From positions 52,943-116,942 of the forward strand of contig CAJUKD010000002.1 in assembly GCA_910587235.1 (NCBI GenBank): a DNA stretch of 64,000 nt, read 5' to 3'. How positions within the stretch are numbered: position 1 is the first letter of the stretch; each line of letters starts with the position of its first letter. This stretch comes from an uncultured Muribaculaceae bacterium. GTDB lineage: Bacteria > Bacteroidota > Bacteroidia > Bacteroidales > Muribaculaceae. Both the position numbers and the translations under genes were made by a program. Below the pieces are notes generated by a model. The model worked only from the letters and a program-made list of their open reading frames with translations, was not told the DNA's origin and did not search any database. Positions 56,364-64,000 of the stretch are shown here, one piece after another.

Positions 56364-56392
56364 TTCACGTAGGGACGTGCCGCGGCACGTCT
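56364..56392 (+). repeat. palindromic intergenic element, copy b
   Basis: 29 nt identical to 35212-35240. The palindrome core is at 56374-56391. Confidence 0.85.
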
Positions 56393-56423
56393 GATAAACA
56401 CCTGATAAGCGCCCGATAAACAT
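56391..56423 (+). repeat. three tandem 11-mers containing GATAA(A/G)C
   Basis: CTGATAAACAC / CTGATAAGCGC / CCGATAAACAT, with GATAA at 56393, 56404 and 56415 (exact 11-nt phasing). Confidence 0.8.
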
Positions 56424-56484
56424 GGAGGTTGACAGCAGGCACATACAGCAAGCAAGAATTTAAGACGTGCAGCAGAAAAAAAGC

Positions 56485-56525
56485 AAGGTTGATATCCCCA
56501 ATGGAATATCGACCTTTCTTTTTTA
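56485..56525. terminator. bidirectional hairpin downstream of the FadL-like barrel gene
   Basis: AAGGTTGATAT / ATATCGACCTT (one G-U pair), flanked by an A-run (56476-56482) and a T-run (56515-56525). Confidence 0.6.
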
Positions 56526-56563
56526 TGGCCAAGCTACCTGAGGCGGCTTATTATTTTAGCTTA

Positions 56564-58207
56564 TCAGAAGCGGAAACCTGTAGAGAGGACTACGTTGTGA
56601 TTGTTCTCTGTAAGGTCGGCTTTCGGCGCACGGATGCCGGCATAGTCGGTGTAGGCGTGGAAACTGCCTGTGCGGTGACGCCAGCTGTAGGTTGCGTCGA
56701 TATACCATGCCTTGTACCGGTAGCCGAGTCCGAAGCTGATATTCTGTGTCGTGTTGGTAAAATTATAACTCAGGTCCGTTCCGGCGGTCACAACCTCGAT
56801 GTCGCCGTTGCGTGCGGCATCCTTCACTCCTGATGTCTGGTAGTTGTAGCCGGCACGTACGCTGAAACGTGGCGTGACGCGGTATTCTGCGCCAAGACGC
56901 ACGATATTTGCGCCTTTATAGTAGTTCTTGATGTCGGAGTTTACGTATTCGTTGCTCTCGAAATTCAGGCCATAATATCCTGACTGGCTCTTAACCCGCA
57001 TTGCGTCGTAGGCCACACGCTCGTAGTCGAGGCTGACGATGGCACGGGGTCCGATGTAGAGCGAAGCGCCAACCATGAAGCGCCAAGGAGCGTTGAGGCG
57101 CGAGTCGTAGCTATAGAGCATGTTGTTTTCGTCGCCTGTATAATCGTTGCCTTTCAGAGGGTTCTGGGTGTCGGGATTGGTGCTTTCGGGAGCGCCGGGG
57201 TTATAGTAGTCGTAGTTGACCGTCGCTCCGCCCTGATGATTGAGAGAATACCATGTGGGAGTGTGGATGGCAGCACCTATGCGCAGCATTTCTATGGGAC
57301 GGAATATGACACCGAATTTCACATTGAAACCGGTTCCGGATATCCATTTCGAGTTGTTCATGGCCCAGTCAGCGCTTCCTTCGACTGTCCGCTGCGAAGG
57401 CAGGGTGTATATATCGGCTTTGTCCATGCTCTCGCTGTAGTAGACCTGACGGTTGTATTCCATATCAAGTATGCCGAAGCCTATGCCCCAGTAAAAGACA
57501 TCGCTGATGTTTCCGCCGAAATCGATATTGTATTCGTCGACATGCCCCGACTCGCGGAATGTGTACTCGGCGTCGCCTACAGTATTGTTGCCGTAAAGTC
57601 CCTTGTACTTATCGTTGTAGACTCCGTCGCCATTGATCATATAAGCATTGTAGGCCAGAATGCTCATCCAGTCGCAGTCGGAATCGAAGTATGGATTATA
57701 CTTTCCGCCGAGACTCAGGTCGGCGGCATTGGTACCGTTCGTAAACGATGCGATATAGTTTGTCATCGAACCGTCGGTAGTGCCGTTATAGCCGTGGCCA
57801 AGGCGCTCGAAAGAGGAAAGACGGCTGTAGCTCACGCCCCAGGAGAAGGAACGCAGCGTCGCGTTATTACCCAGGTTGGCAGTGCCGACATAGCCTATAT
57901 TGTCGAAATAGAACTTGGTATTGTCACGGTCGATTTTCATCGTAGGGGTGGCAGTCGAATAGTTTCGCGCCGATATATTGACGGTAGCGCCTACTTCGCT
58001 GCGACGGTATATGCCTATACCTGCAGGGTTCTGTCCGAGCGTCGAAAGGTCGCCTCCTACAGATGTGAATGCTCCGCCCATGCCGACGAAGCGCGCTGTG
58101 CCGCGCAGCTCCGAGGGCGTTACGGAATATGCGTCGACAGCACTCTGTGCCGTCGCACCGGCAGCTGCAAGAGCCGCCATAGCTGTCAGTAATATCCGGA
58201 TCTTCAT
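56564..58207 (-). CDS. outer-membrane beta-barrel of the FadL/OMPP1/PorV-like type
   Basis: Signal peptide MKIRILLTAMAALAAAGATAQS. The hatch-like N-terminus GTARFVGMGGAFTSVGGDLSTLGQNPAGIG fits the G.G.A....D.....NPA pattern of FadL/PorV families. Terminal ...VLSTGFRF. Confidence 0.7.
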   Translation of the reverse strand: MKIRILLTAMAALAAAGATAQSAVDAYSVTPSELRGTARFVGMGGAFTSVGGDLSTLGQNPAGIGIYRRSEVGATVNISARNYSTATPTMKIDRDNTKFYFDNIGYVGTANLGNNATLRSFSWGVSYSRLSSFERLGHGYNGTTDGSMTNYIASFTNGTNAADLSLGGKYNPYFDSDCDWMSILAYNAYMINGDGVYNDKYKGLYGNNTVGDAEYTFRESGHVDEYNIDFGGNISDVFYWGIGFGILDMEYNRQVYYSESMDKADIYTLPSQRTVEGSADWAMNNSKWISGTGFNVKFGVIFRPIEMLRIGAAIHTPTWYSLNHQGGATVNYDYYNPGAPESTNPDTQNPLKGNDYTGDENNMLYSYDSRLNAPWRFMVGASLYIGPRAIVSLDYERVAYDAMRVKSQSGYYGLNFESNEYVNSDIKNYYKGANIVRLGAEYRVTPRFSVRAGYNYQTSGVKDAARNGDIEVVTAGTDLSYNFTNTTQNISFGLGYRYKAWYIDATYSWRHRTGSFHAYTDYAGIRAPKADLTENNHNVVLSTGFRF

Positions 58208-58250
58208 AAGATAAATCGTTGAAAAGATTGTTTTTGATTGTCAGTTCGGC

Positions 58251-59426
58251 TTACCTGCGGCCGCGTCCTCCGCCACCGCCGCCATGCGAACCGCCGCCAA
58301 ATCCGCCACCGCCTGAACGATGTCCGCCCGAAGCTCCGCTGCCCCACGACGACGAGCGGCTTGGCGAAGACTGGTGGAAGTTGCTGCTGTTGCCCGACGA
58401 GCGGCTGTTACTGTTGCCGCTGTTATAGTTCGAACGTCCGCGACGGCCGTTGCTGCCGCTGTTGTTGTAATTATTGTCGGAAGATGAGGGACGGTACTTG
58501 TTGCCTCCGTTCTGGACAGGAGCTGTCTGATTGTTTTTGTAACGGCCTCTGCTGCCGGGACGTACGGTTCCGTTGGGAGCGATCGAAGGCGTGTTTCCGG
58601 GGCGGTAGGAATTGCCGTTCTGGCCCGGATGACGGTTACCGGATGCGCCTGAATATACAGGACGGTGCGGACGGGAAGCACCGGGAGTCGACGGACGCCA
58701 TGCATGCGACGGTCCGCCCCATCCGGGAGCGTGGCCGGGACACCATCCGTGTCCCCAGCCTGGATACCATGCGGGACCGTACCAGGGATTTCCCCATCCC
58801 CAGCCGAAATCCCAACCCCAGCCGGGAGTAAAGGACAGCGACCATCCGGGACCGTAGCCCCAGTAAGGGGAGTAATAGGGCGAATATGGTCCCCACATGT
58901 AGGAAGGCAGTCCGTATCGCCACGACCATGGCGAAGCCCACGGGTCGGAATCGACTATGTAGACATTGATGTCGGTGGGCTGCGACGATGCAGCATAATA
59001 ATACCTGAGGTCTTCGTCCTTGCTGCCACTGACAACTTCGGGATTATGATAGCGTTCGATACGTCGGGTATAGGCGAAATCGTCGTCCTCGCGAAGAGCC
59101 GACACGGAATCGGAAGTATTATAGTTTCCGCGACGGTTATATGTATCCTCGTCGATATCGAGCGGACGTGCAGGCGCCATGGCACGTTGTGCGACAGCCT
59201 GACTTGCCGGAGCGTCGATATACTCAGGATAGACATTGTTTTTGCGGCTACGGGCTATCGAATCCTGCTTCTGCCGTTCGGCGGCACGACGTTTGGCGGC
59301 CTTTGAGGGCGAGTAGTAGATGTCGTCGTCATAAAAGTCGTCGTCACCGGCAAAAACAATGACAGGAGAACCAGCAGCCACCAGGAAGAGAAGCAACCTG
59401 GAGATGTATTGATTAACTTTTTTCAT
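58251..59426 (-). CDS. secreted low-complexity protein with a Trp/Gly/Tyr/Pro-rich block and a Ser/Asn/Gly/Arg-rich tail
   Basis: Start moved to MKKVNQYISRLLLFLVAAGSPVIVFA (signal peptide, ATG at 59426). The 391-aa ORF ends GGGGFGGGSHGGGGGGRGRR. It stops 43 nt upstream of the barrel gene on the same strand, and I saw no terminator between them. Confidence 0.6.
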   Translation of the reverse strand: MKKVNQYISRLLLFLVAAGSPVIVFAGDDDFYDDDIYYSPSKAAKRRAAERQKQDSIARSRKNNVYPEYIDAPASQAVAQRAMAPARPLDIDEDTYNRRGNYNTSDSVSALREDDDFAYTRRIERYHNPEVVSGSKDEDLRYYYAASSQPTDINVYIVDSDPWASPWSWRYGLPSYMWGPYSPYYSPYWGYGPGWSLSFTPGWGWDFGWGWGNPWYGPAWYPGWGHGWCPGHAPGWGGPSHAWRPSTPGASRPHRPVYSGASGNRHPGQNGNSYRPGNTPSIAPNGTVRPGSRGRYKNNQTAPVQNGGNKYRPSSSDNNYNNSGSNGRRGRSNYNSGNSNSRSSGNSSNFHQSSPSRSSSWGSGASGGHRSGGGGFGGGSHGGGGGGRGRR

Positions 59427-59524
59427 GTTCGTGGCTGTTTTCGTTGTTTCTTCGTTTTGATTTTTCTTTGACATTATGACCGCATGGATCGCATATGGTT
59501 TAATGCGCGCGGTCATTATTTATA

Positions 59525-59532
59525 CAAAAATA
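59525..59532 (-). promoter_or_regulatory. candidate -7 box (TATTTTTG on minus strand) for the Trp-rich protein gene
   Basis: Plus strand reads CAAAAATA, about 100 nt upstream of the ATG at 59426. Confidence 0.4.
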
Positions 59533-59662
59533 ACCATTCCGTCAGAAATTACGGCCGTATTCAGACGATATGCGCCGACAATTATGTTTTTTTTACTATC
59601 GCGGACGGCCCGGCGAGCAATAAAGGCCGCCGGGCCGCGGAATCAGCTATATGTTGTCGAAA

Positions 59663-60214
59663 TCATTTCCGTACAGCAGGTCTTACTTCGTAGGCAGCCA
59701 TGGCTACGGTGAAGCCCCAGTAGATGAAAGCGATGGAAGTAAGGAATGAAACCATCAGCATATCGCTTACGTAACCGGCCTCAAGGAAGAAGAATCCTAT
59801 AAGGCAGAGAAGGATACCGTTGATCACACCGAGCCACCAGTAACGCTGACGACGTCTGGCCGCCGACGACACGAAAGCCTCTATGCCCCAGAATATAAAG
59901 ATAATAGCAAGGAAATAAGGGAATACCATCTCGGAAAGCAGTACGCTGCGCACCAGCATGAAGCCGATGAACATGTCGATCACCCCTCCGGCGAGCCACC
60001 ATCCCCAGCCACGTCCGCGGTTGGGACCCGAGGCAGCACAAAGTTGTACGATACCGGCAAGCACGAGGAGCCAGCCGAAAATCTGCGAAGCCACGGCATA
60101 GCCTGCTGCAGGCCAGATCCAGTATGCGAAGCCGCCGAGCACCAGAAGGATGCCCACCAATAGAATTACCCACCAGTAGCGGGTGGTGCCGATGTAGTTA
60201 AGGTCTGTTTTCAT
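59663..60214 (-). CDS. HdeD/DUF308 family membrane protein
   Basis: RYWWVILLVGILLVLGGFAYWIWP...LLVLAGIVQL is a repeated two-helix pattern typical of DUF308. Confidence 0.65.
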   Translation of the reverse strand: MKTDLNYIGTTRYWWVILLVGILLVLGGFAYWIWPAAGYAVASQIFGWLLVLAGIVQLCAASGPNRGRGWGWWLAGGVIDMFIGFMLVRSVLLSEMVFPYFLAIIFIFWGIEAFVSSAARRRQRYWWLGVINGILLCLIGFFFLEAGYVSDMLMVSFLTSIAFIYWGFTVAMAAYEVRPAVRK

Positions 60215-60295
60215 AATTCAGTTGTTTTTGGTTGAAAGTTCGTTGATTTTGATAATATAACACGGTGCTGTGAAAAAATGTTGGAATAAATTGCG

Positions 60296-60303
60296 TAATT
60301 TTG
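60296..60303 (+). promoter_or_regulatory. candidate -7 box (TAATTTTG) for mutS2
   Basis: 39 nt upstream of the GTG start at 60342. Confidence 0.45.
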
Positions 60304-60341
60304 CCGATTGAAACAGACCGATACAAGAAGGATCATACCCA

Positions 60342-62813
60342 GTGACATATCCCGACTCAATAGAAAAAAAGATAGGTTTCGATGCCGTCCGCGAGCATCT
60401 GAAAGCATTGTGTTCTTCCACTTTAGGCCACAGCGGCTGCGACGAAATGGCTTTCAGCGCCGACGTCGCGGAAGTGCGCCGGCGGCTTGCCGAAAGCGAC
60501 GAGATGCTGCATATCCTCGCCTCCGACGACGAATTCCCGCTCGGAGGCATCCACGACCTGCGGCGCCTGGTGGCCGAGATACGCGTTCCCGGCACCCACA
60601 TAGGCGAACAGGAACTGCCTGCATTCCGCTCGTGCATCGCCACCATGGGTGAGGTGGCGACATTTTTCCAACGTCTGCGCGACGACGAAGGCCACACTCC
60701 CTACCCTGCGCTCGATTATCTGGCCGAGGGCCTGTCGGCGTTTCCCGAAATTACCTCGGCCATAGACAGAGTGATAGACCGCCATGGCGAAATCAAGGAC
60801 AGCGCATCGCCGGCTCTGGCCGAGATACGCCGAGAACTCAATGCCATGTCCGGCACTATCAATGCCGCCATGCGCAGGGTCATGTCCGCAGCCGCCCGCG
60901 AGGGCTATCTTGAAGCCGATGCCACTCCTTCGGTGCGCGAAGGGCGCCTGGTAATCCCTGTCGCACCTATGTACAAGCGCAAGATACAAGGTATAGTTCA
61001 CGACGAATCGGCCTCGGGAAAGACAATCTACATAGAGCCTGCCGAAGTGGTTGAGGCCAACAACCGCCTGCGCGAACTTCGCATCGAAGAACGACGCGAG
61101 ATCATCCGCATACTGACGGCACTGACCGACAGTTTCCGTCCCCGCCTCGACGAAATCGCATACGGATTCCGCATCCTCGGCACATTCGATTTCATCCGCG
61201 CCAAAGCCCGATTCGCCAAAATGACGGACTCGCACATGCCGCATCTGTCCGACTCTCCCGAGCTTGAGCTCTACCATGCCTGCCACCCCATACTTGCCAT
61301 GGCACTTGAACGCCAGGGCAAGAAAATCGTGCCTCTGGATCTGACACTCGGTCCCGAACGGCGCATACTCGTTATCTCGGGACCTAATGCCGGCGGAAAG
61401 TCGGTGACGCTCAAGACCGTAGCAATAGTACAGTACATGCTTCAGTGCGGACTTCTGCCTCCTGTCTACGAAAACTCCCACATAGGGCTGATGGATAACA
61501 TTTTCCTCGACATAGGCGATGACCAGTCGATAGAAGATGACCTGAGCACCTACTCGTCGCATCTGCGCAACATGAAATTCTTCGTGACGCGCGGCAACAG
61601 CCGTACGCTTATACTTATCGACGAATTCGGCGGCGGCACCGAGCCTCAGATAGGCGGCGCAATAGCTCAAGCACTGCTCAAGCAATTCAACACAAAGGGG
61701 ATGTGGGGCATAGTCACCACGCACTACCACAACCTGAAGCAATACGCCGAGGAAACTTCCGGTCTGGTCAACGGCTCTATGCTCTACGACCGCAATCTGA
61801 TGCAGCCCACTTTCCGCCTGGCCATAGGCCATCCGGGCAGCTCATTCGCCATAGAGATAGCCCGAAAAACAGGGCTGCCGGATGAAATAATAGCAGACGC
61901 GAAAGAGATTGCAGGCTCAGACTACACGAATCTCGACAAATATCTGCTCGACATTGCCCGCGACCGCCGCTACTGGGAGAACAAGCGCACGGCAATCCAC
62001 CAGAAAGAGAAAAAAATGCAAGAGCTGCTCGACCGCTACGAGGCAGATGCCGACACCCTGCGGGCCAAACGCAAGGAAATCATCGCAGAAGCACGCGAAG
62101 AGGCACGCAAGATTCTCGAAGGCAGCAACGCGGCCATCGAACGCACTATCCGCGACATACGCCAGGCTCAGGCCGAACGCGAGAAAACCCGCGAAGCGCG
62201 CCGTAAACTACAGGAGGAACGACGGGCGCTGAACGAGGAGGCCGACGCAAGCAAAGACCCGCACCCGCTGCTCGACAAAAAACGCCGCGGCGGACCCCGC
62301 CGGCCGGACAACAGCGCTGAAAACAAAACAACAGCGGAGAAAAAAATACTTGAGGCCGGCGACAACGTGCTGCTCGACGGGGCCGGGACTGTCGGCACCA
62401 TTGAATCGATATCGGGCAAGAACGCCACTGTGGTTTTCGGACAGATAAAGACCACGGTAAAGCTCGAACGCCTGAAACCTACCATACGGAAAGCCACTGC
62501 ACCGAAAGCACAGCCTACATCCTTCGTTTCAGCCGGGACTCTTGCCGGTACACGCGAACGTCAGCTGAACTTCAAACAGGAAATCGACGTGCGCGGCATG
62601 CGTGTCGACGAAGCCGTGCAGGCGGTGATGTACTTTATCGACGACGCCGTGCAGTTCAACGCCGGCCGCGTGCGTATCCTCCACGGCACGGGCACGGGAG
62701 CGCTGCGCCAGTACATCCGCGACTATCTCGACAGCGTAGGCGCCGTACACCGCTACCACGACGAGGACGTGCGCTTCGGAGGCGCCGGCATCACGGTAGT
62801 CGAGTTTGAATGA
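60342..62813 (+). CDS. mutS2: endonuclease MutS2 (MutS domain plus C-terminal Smr domain)
   Basis: GTG start. KIGFDAVREHL, Walker A GPNAGGKS, DEFGGGTEP, and an Smr tail (IDVRGMRVDEAV...LHGTGTGALR). Confidence 0.95.
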   Translation: MTYPDSIEKKIGFDAVREHLKALCSSTLGHSGCDEMAFSADVAEVRRRLAESDEMLHILASDDEFPLGGIHDLRRLVAEIRVPGTHIGEQELPAFRSCIATMGEVATFFQRLRDDEGHTPYPALDYLAEGLSAFPEITSAIDRVIDRHGEIKDSASPALAEIRRELNAMSGTINAAMRRVMSAAAREGYLEADATPSVREGRLVIPVAPMYKRKIQGIVHDESASGKTIYIEPAEVVEANNRLRELRIEERREIIRILTALTDSFRPRLDEIAYGFRILGTFDFIRAKARFAKMTDSHMPHLSDSPELELYHACHPILAMALERQGKKIVPLDLTLGPERRILVISGPNAGGKSVTLKTVAIVQYMLQCGLLPPVYENSHIGLMDNIFLDIGDDQSIEDDLSTYSSHLRNMKFFVTRGNSRTLILIDEFGGGTEPQIGGAIAQALLKQFNTKGMWGIVTTHYHNLKQYAEETSGLVNGSMLYDRNLMQPTFRLAIGHPGSSFAIEIARKTGLPDEIIADAKEIAGSDYTNLDKYLLDIARDRRYWENKRTAIHQKEKKMQELLDRYEADADTLRAKRKEIIAEAREEARKILEGSNAAIERTIRDIRQAQAEREKTREARRKLQEERRALNEEADASKDPHPLLDKKRRGGPRRPDNSAENKTTAEKKILEAGDNVLLDGAGTVGTIESISGKNATVVFGQIKTTVKLERLKPTIRKATAPKAQPTSFVSAGTLAGTRERQLNFKQEIDVRGMRVDEAVQAVMYFIDDAVQFNAGRVRILHGTGTGALRQYIRDYLDSVGAVHRYHDEDVRFGGAGITVVEFE

Positions 62814-62846
62814 GATTAGAGATTAGAGATGAATGATTGGAGATTA
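62812..62846 (+). repeat. purine-rich GAGATTA heptamer cluster
   Basis: GAGATTA GAGATTA GAGATGA ATGATTG GAGATTA, beginning inside the mutS2 stop codon. A related tract GAGAGATGGGAGATTAGAGAGGAGAGAG is at 56335-56362. Confidence 0.7.
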
Positions 62847-62885
62847 ACGAGGTATCTCTACCGATATTATTAAAAACAAGAGATC

Positions 62886-63482
62886 ATGGAAGTAACAAGA
62901 TTACGCCAACTCTTTCTAACTTTTGCAAAAATAGGAGCGTTCACCTTCGGCGGCGGATGGGCCATGATAAGCCTTATCGAGCGCGAGGTGGTCGACAAAT
63001 ACCGCTGGATGGAACGTACAGAATTCCTCGACCTTCTTGCGGTGGCCCAGTCGATGCCGGGCATTCTGGCTGTCAACATATCTGTGGTGGTCGGCGACAA
63101 GCTGCGCGGACTCAAAGGCAGTCTGGCTGCCTCGGCGGGCACAATCATGCCATGCTTCGTCATCATCCTGCTGATAGCCATGTTCCTTACACCGGAACTG
63201 ATTATGAACAACGCGACCCTGACGGCTATCTTCAAGGGCATACGTCCCGTGGTAGTCGCCCTGATAATAGCTCCGGTCATCACCACCGCCCGGGCCACGG
63301 GACTGGGCTGGCGCCTGGCCTGGATTCCTGCCGCAGTGGCGCTGCTGATATGGTCGAAGCTGCCGGTGGTATCCAACCCTATCCTGTACATAGTCCTCGG
63401 CGGCGCCGCGGGCTATCTCCTTACCCGCCGCAAGGAGCTTGACAATATGAAAAATAAAGAAGAAAAGGAGGCAGAGAGATGA
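62886..63482 (+). CDS. chrA: chromate transporter family protein (half-size, first of a pair)
   Basis: FLTFAKIGAFTFGGGWAMISLIEREVV...AQSMPGILAVN. Confidence 0.85.
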   Translation: MEVTRLRQLFLTFAKIGAFTFGGGWAMISLIEREVVDKYRWMERTEFLDLLAVAQSMPGILAVNISVVVGDKLRGLKGSLAASAGTIMPCFVIILLIAMFLTPELIMNNATLTAIFKGIRPVVVALIIAPVITTARATGLGWRLAWIPAAVALLIWSKLPVVSNPILYIVLGGAAGYLLTRRKELDNMKNKEEKEAER

Positions 63483-64000
63483 TATACCTGCGGCTTATAT
63501 GGAGCTATCTGAAAATAGGCTTCTTCGGTTTCGGCGGCGGCTACGCCATGCTCGCACTTATCGAGAACGAGATCGTCACTCCAGGGTGGATAACCCAACA
63601 GACATTCACCGACATAGTGGCAATCTCGCAGATGACCCCCGGACCCATAGGCATCAACTCGGCGACCTACATAGGCTATGTGGCCCCGCAGGTATCGTCG
63701 CCCGCATTGGCATCGCCGCTGTGGGGCATACTCGGTGCTTTGCTGTGCACGCTGGTGGTAGTGCTGCCATCGTTCATCCTTGTCCGATATGCCGGCCACT
63801 ACATCATGCGCCACCACGACAGCGCCGTCATCAAAGGCATATTCACGGGGCTGCGCCCGGTGATAATCGGTCTTATCGCATCGGCGGCACTGATACTTAT
63901 GAACGAGCAGAACTTCGGCAGCACCACACCCGACATCATCAAGAGCGTAATTCTTTCGGCCGCAGGCCTGGCTCTGGTGCTGTTCACAAAAATACATCCG
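63479..64000 (+). CDS. chrA: chromate transporter family protein (half-size, second of the pair), 3' end beyond the window
   Basis: Not in the ORF track (no stop in window). Manual translation from the ATG at 63479 (ATGA overlap) gives MIYLRLIWSYLKIGFFGFGGGYAMLALIENEIV...ISQMTPGPIGIN. Confidence 0.8.
   Translation, partial: MIYLRLIWSYLKIGFFGFGGGYAMLALIENEIVTPGWITQQTFTDIVAISQMTPGPIGINSATYIGYVAPQVSSPALASPLWGILGALLCTLVVVLPSFILVRYAGHYIMRHHDSAVIKGIFTGLRPVIIGLIASAALILMNEQNFGSTTPDIIKSVILSAAGLALVLFTKIHP

Noticed and set aside
58238-58941. Overlapping alternative-frame ORFs in the Trp/Gly-rich region (58238-58831 plus strand, 58241-58705 minus strand, 58636-58941 minus strand, 58219-58428 plus strand).
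   Set aside because: They are by-products of the repetitive G/C-rich codon composition. Only the 58251-59426 frame is continuous with a signal peptide and a non-repetitive N-terminal part. The frame should still be confirmed by comparative analysis.
59606-59640. GC-rich hairpin GGCCCGGCG...CGCCGGGCC downstream of the DUF308 gene, as a possible terminator.
   Set aside because: There is no U-tract after the hairpin on the minus strand. The T-run lies on the wrong side. It may still be a structural element, but I cannot call it a terminator.
62886-64000. Two adjacent half-size chromate transporter genes, as a possible split or pseudogenised chrA.
   Set aside because: Paired short-chain ChrA homologues with overlapping stop and start codons are a known normal arrangement. 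Both halves keep the FGGG and PGP motifs.
1-64000. Scan for CRISPR arrays, tRNA/rRNA genes, IS elements, integrases, toxin-antitoxin pairs or known defence-system genes.
   Set aside because: I saw no regularly spaced repeat arrays. No T-loop (GGTTCGAATCC-like) motifs turned up in the short intergenic regions. No transposase, integrase or defence-type domains appeared among the translated ORFs. This was an eye scan and is not exhaustive inside coding regions.

Overview
This 64-kb chromosomal window looks like a high-GC Bacteroidales (phylum Bacteroidota) genome. It carries about 60 protein genes with almost no non-coding space. Most are housekeeping genes: tpx (partial), a glutamine synthetase family gene, rlmB, recN, coaBC, a DnaQ-like exonuclease, dnaN, cydAB, RNase E/G, HU, mdh, a DEAD-box helicase, purC, ubiE/menG, queA, lspA, ileS, rpsP, hpt, adk, mutS2 and a split chrA pair. 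These are interleaved with envelope genes: a TonB-dependent receptor, several outer-membrane beta-barrels, DUF-type lipoproteins and two glycosyltransferase clusters. Many intergenic regions carry the Bacteroides-type promoter signature TTTG-N19-21-TAnnTTTG, which helped me choose start codons. I saw no rRNA, tRNA, CRISPR array, transposase or integrase. Four items are absent from the ORF track and were found by reading the sequence: a 29-codon bS22-like ribosomal protein gene (21420-21509), the 5' end of tpx at the left edge, a second chrA half-gene running off the right edge, and a promoter-to-terminator non-coding RNA locus (about 43365-43658, minus strand). The most unusual content is as follows. 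(1) A signal-peptide-bearing, extremely Trp/Gly/Tyr/Pro-rich low-complexity protein sits directly upstream of a FadL/PorV-like barrel. (2) The stand-alone structured RNA is a 6S-like candidate. (3) A 23-29-nt palindromic element occurs three times in intergenic DNA. (4) The RNase E/G homologue has a roughly 280-residue disordered tail with Arg-rich patches. (5) A complete promoter module is tandemly duplicated upstream of purC. (6) A lower-GC serine-hydrolase gene with its own promoter is embedded in a glycosyltransferase operon. All family names rest on motif recognition and memory, not on database searches.
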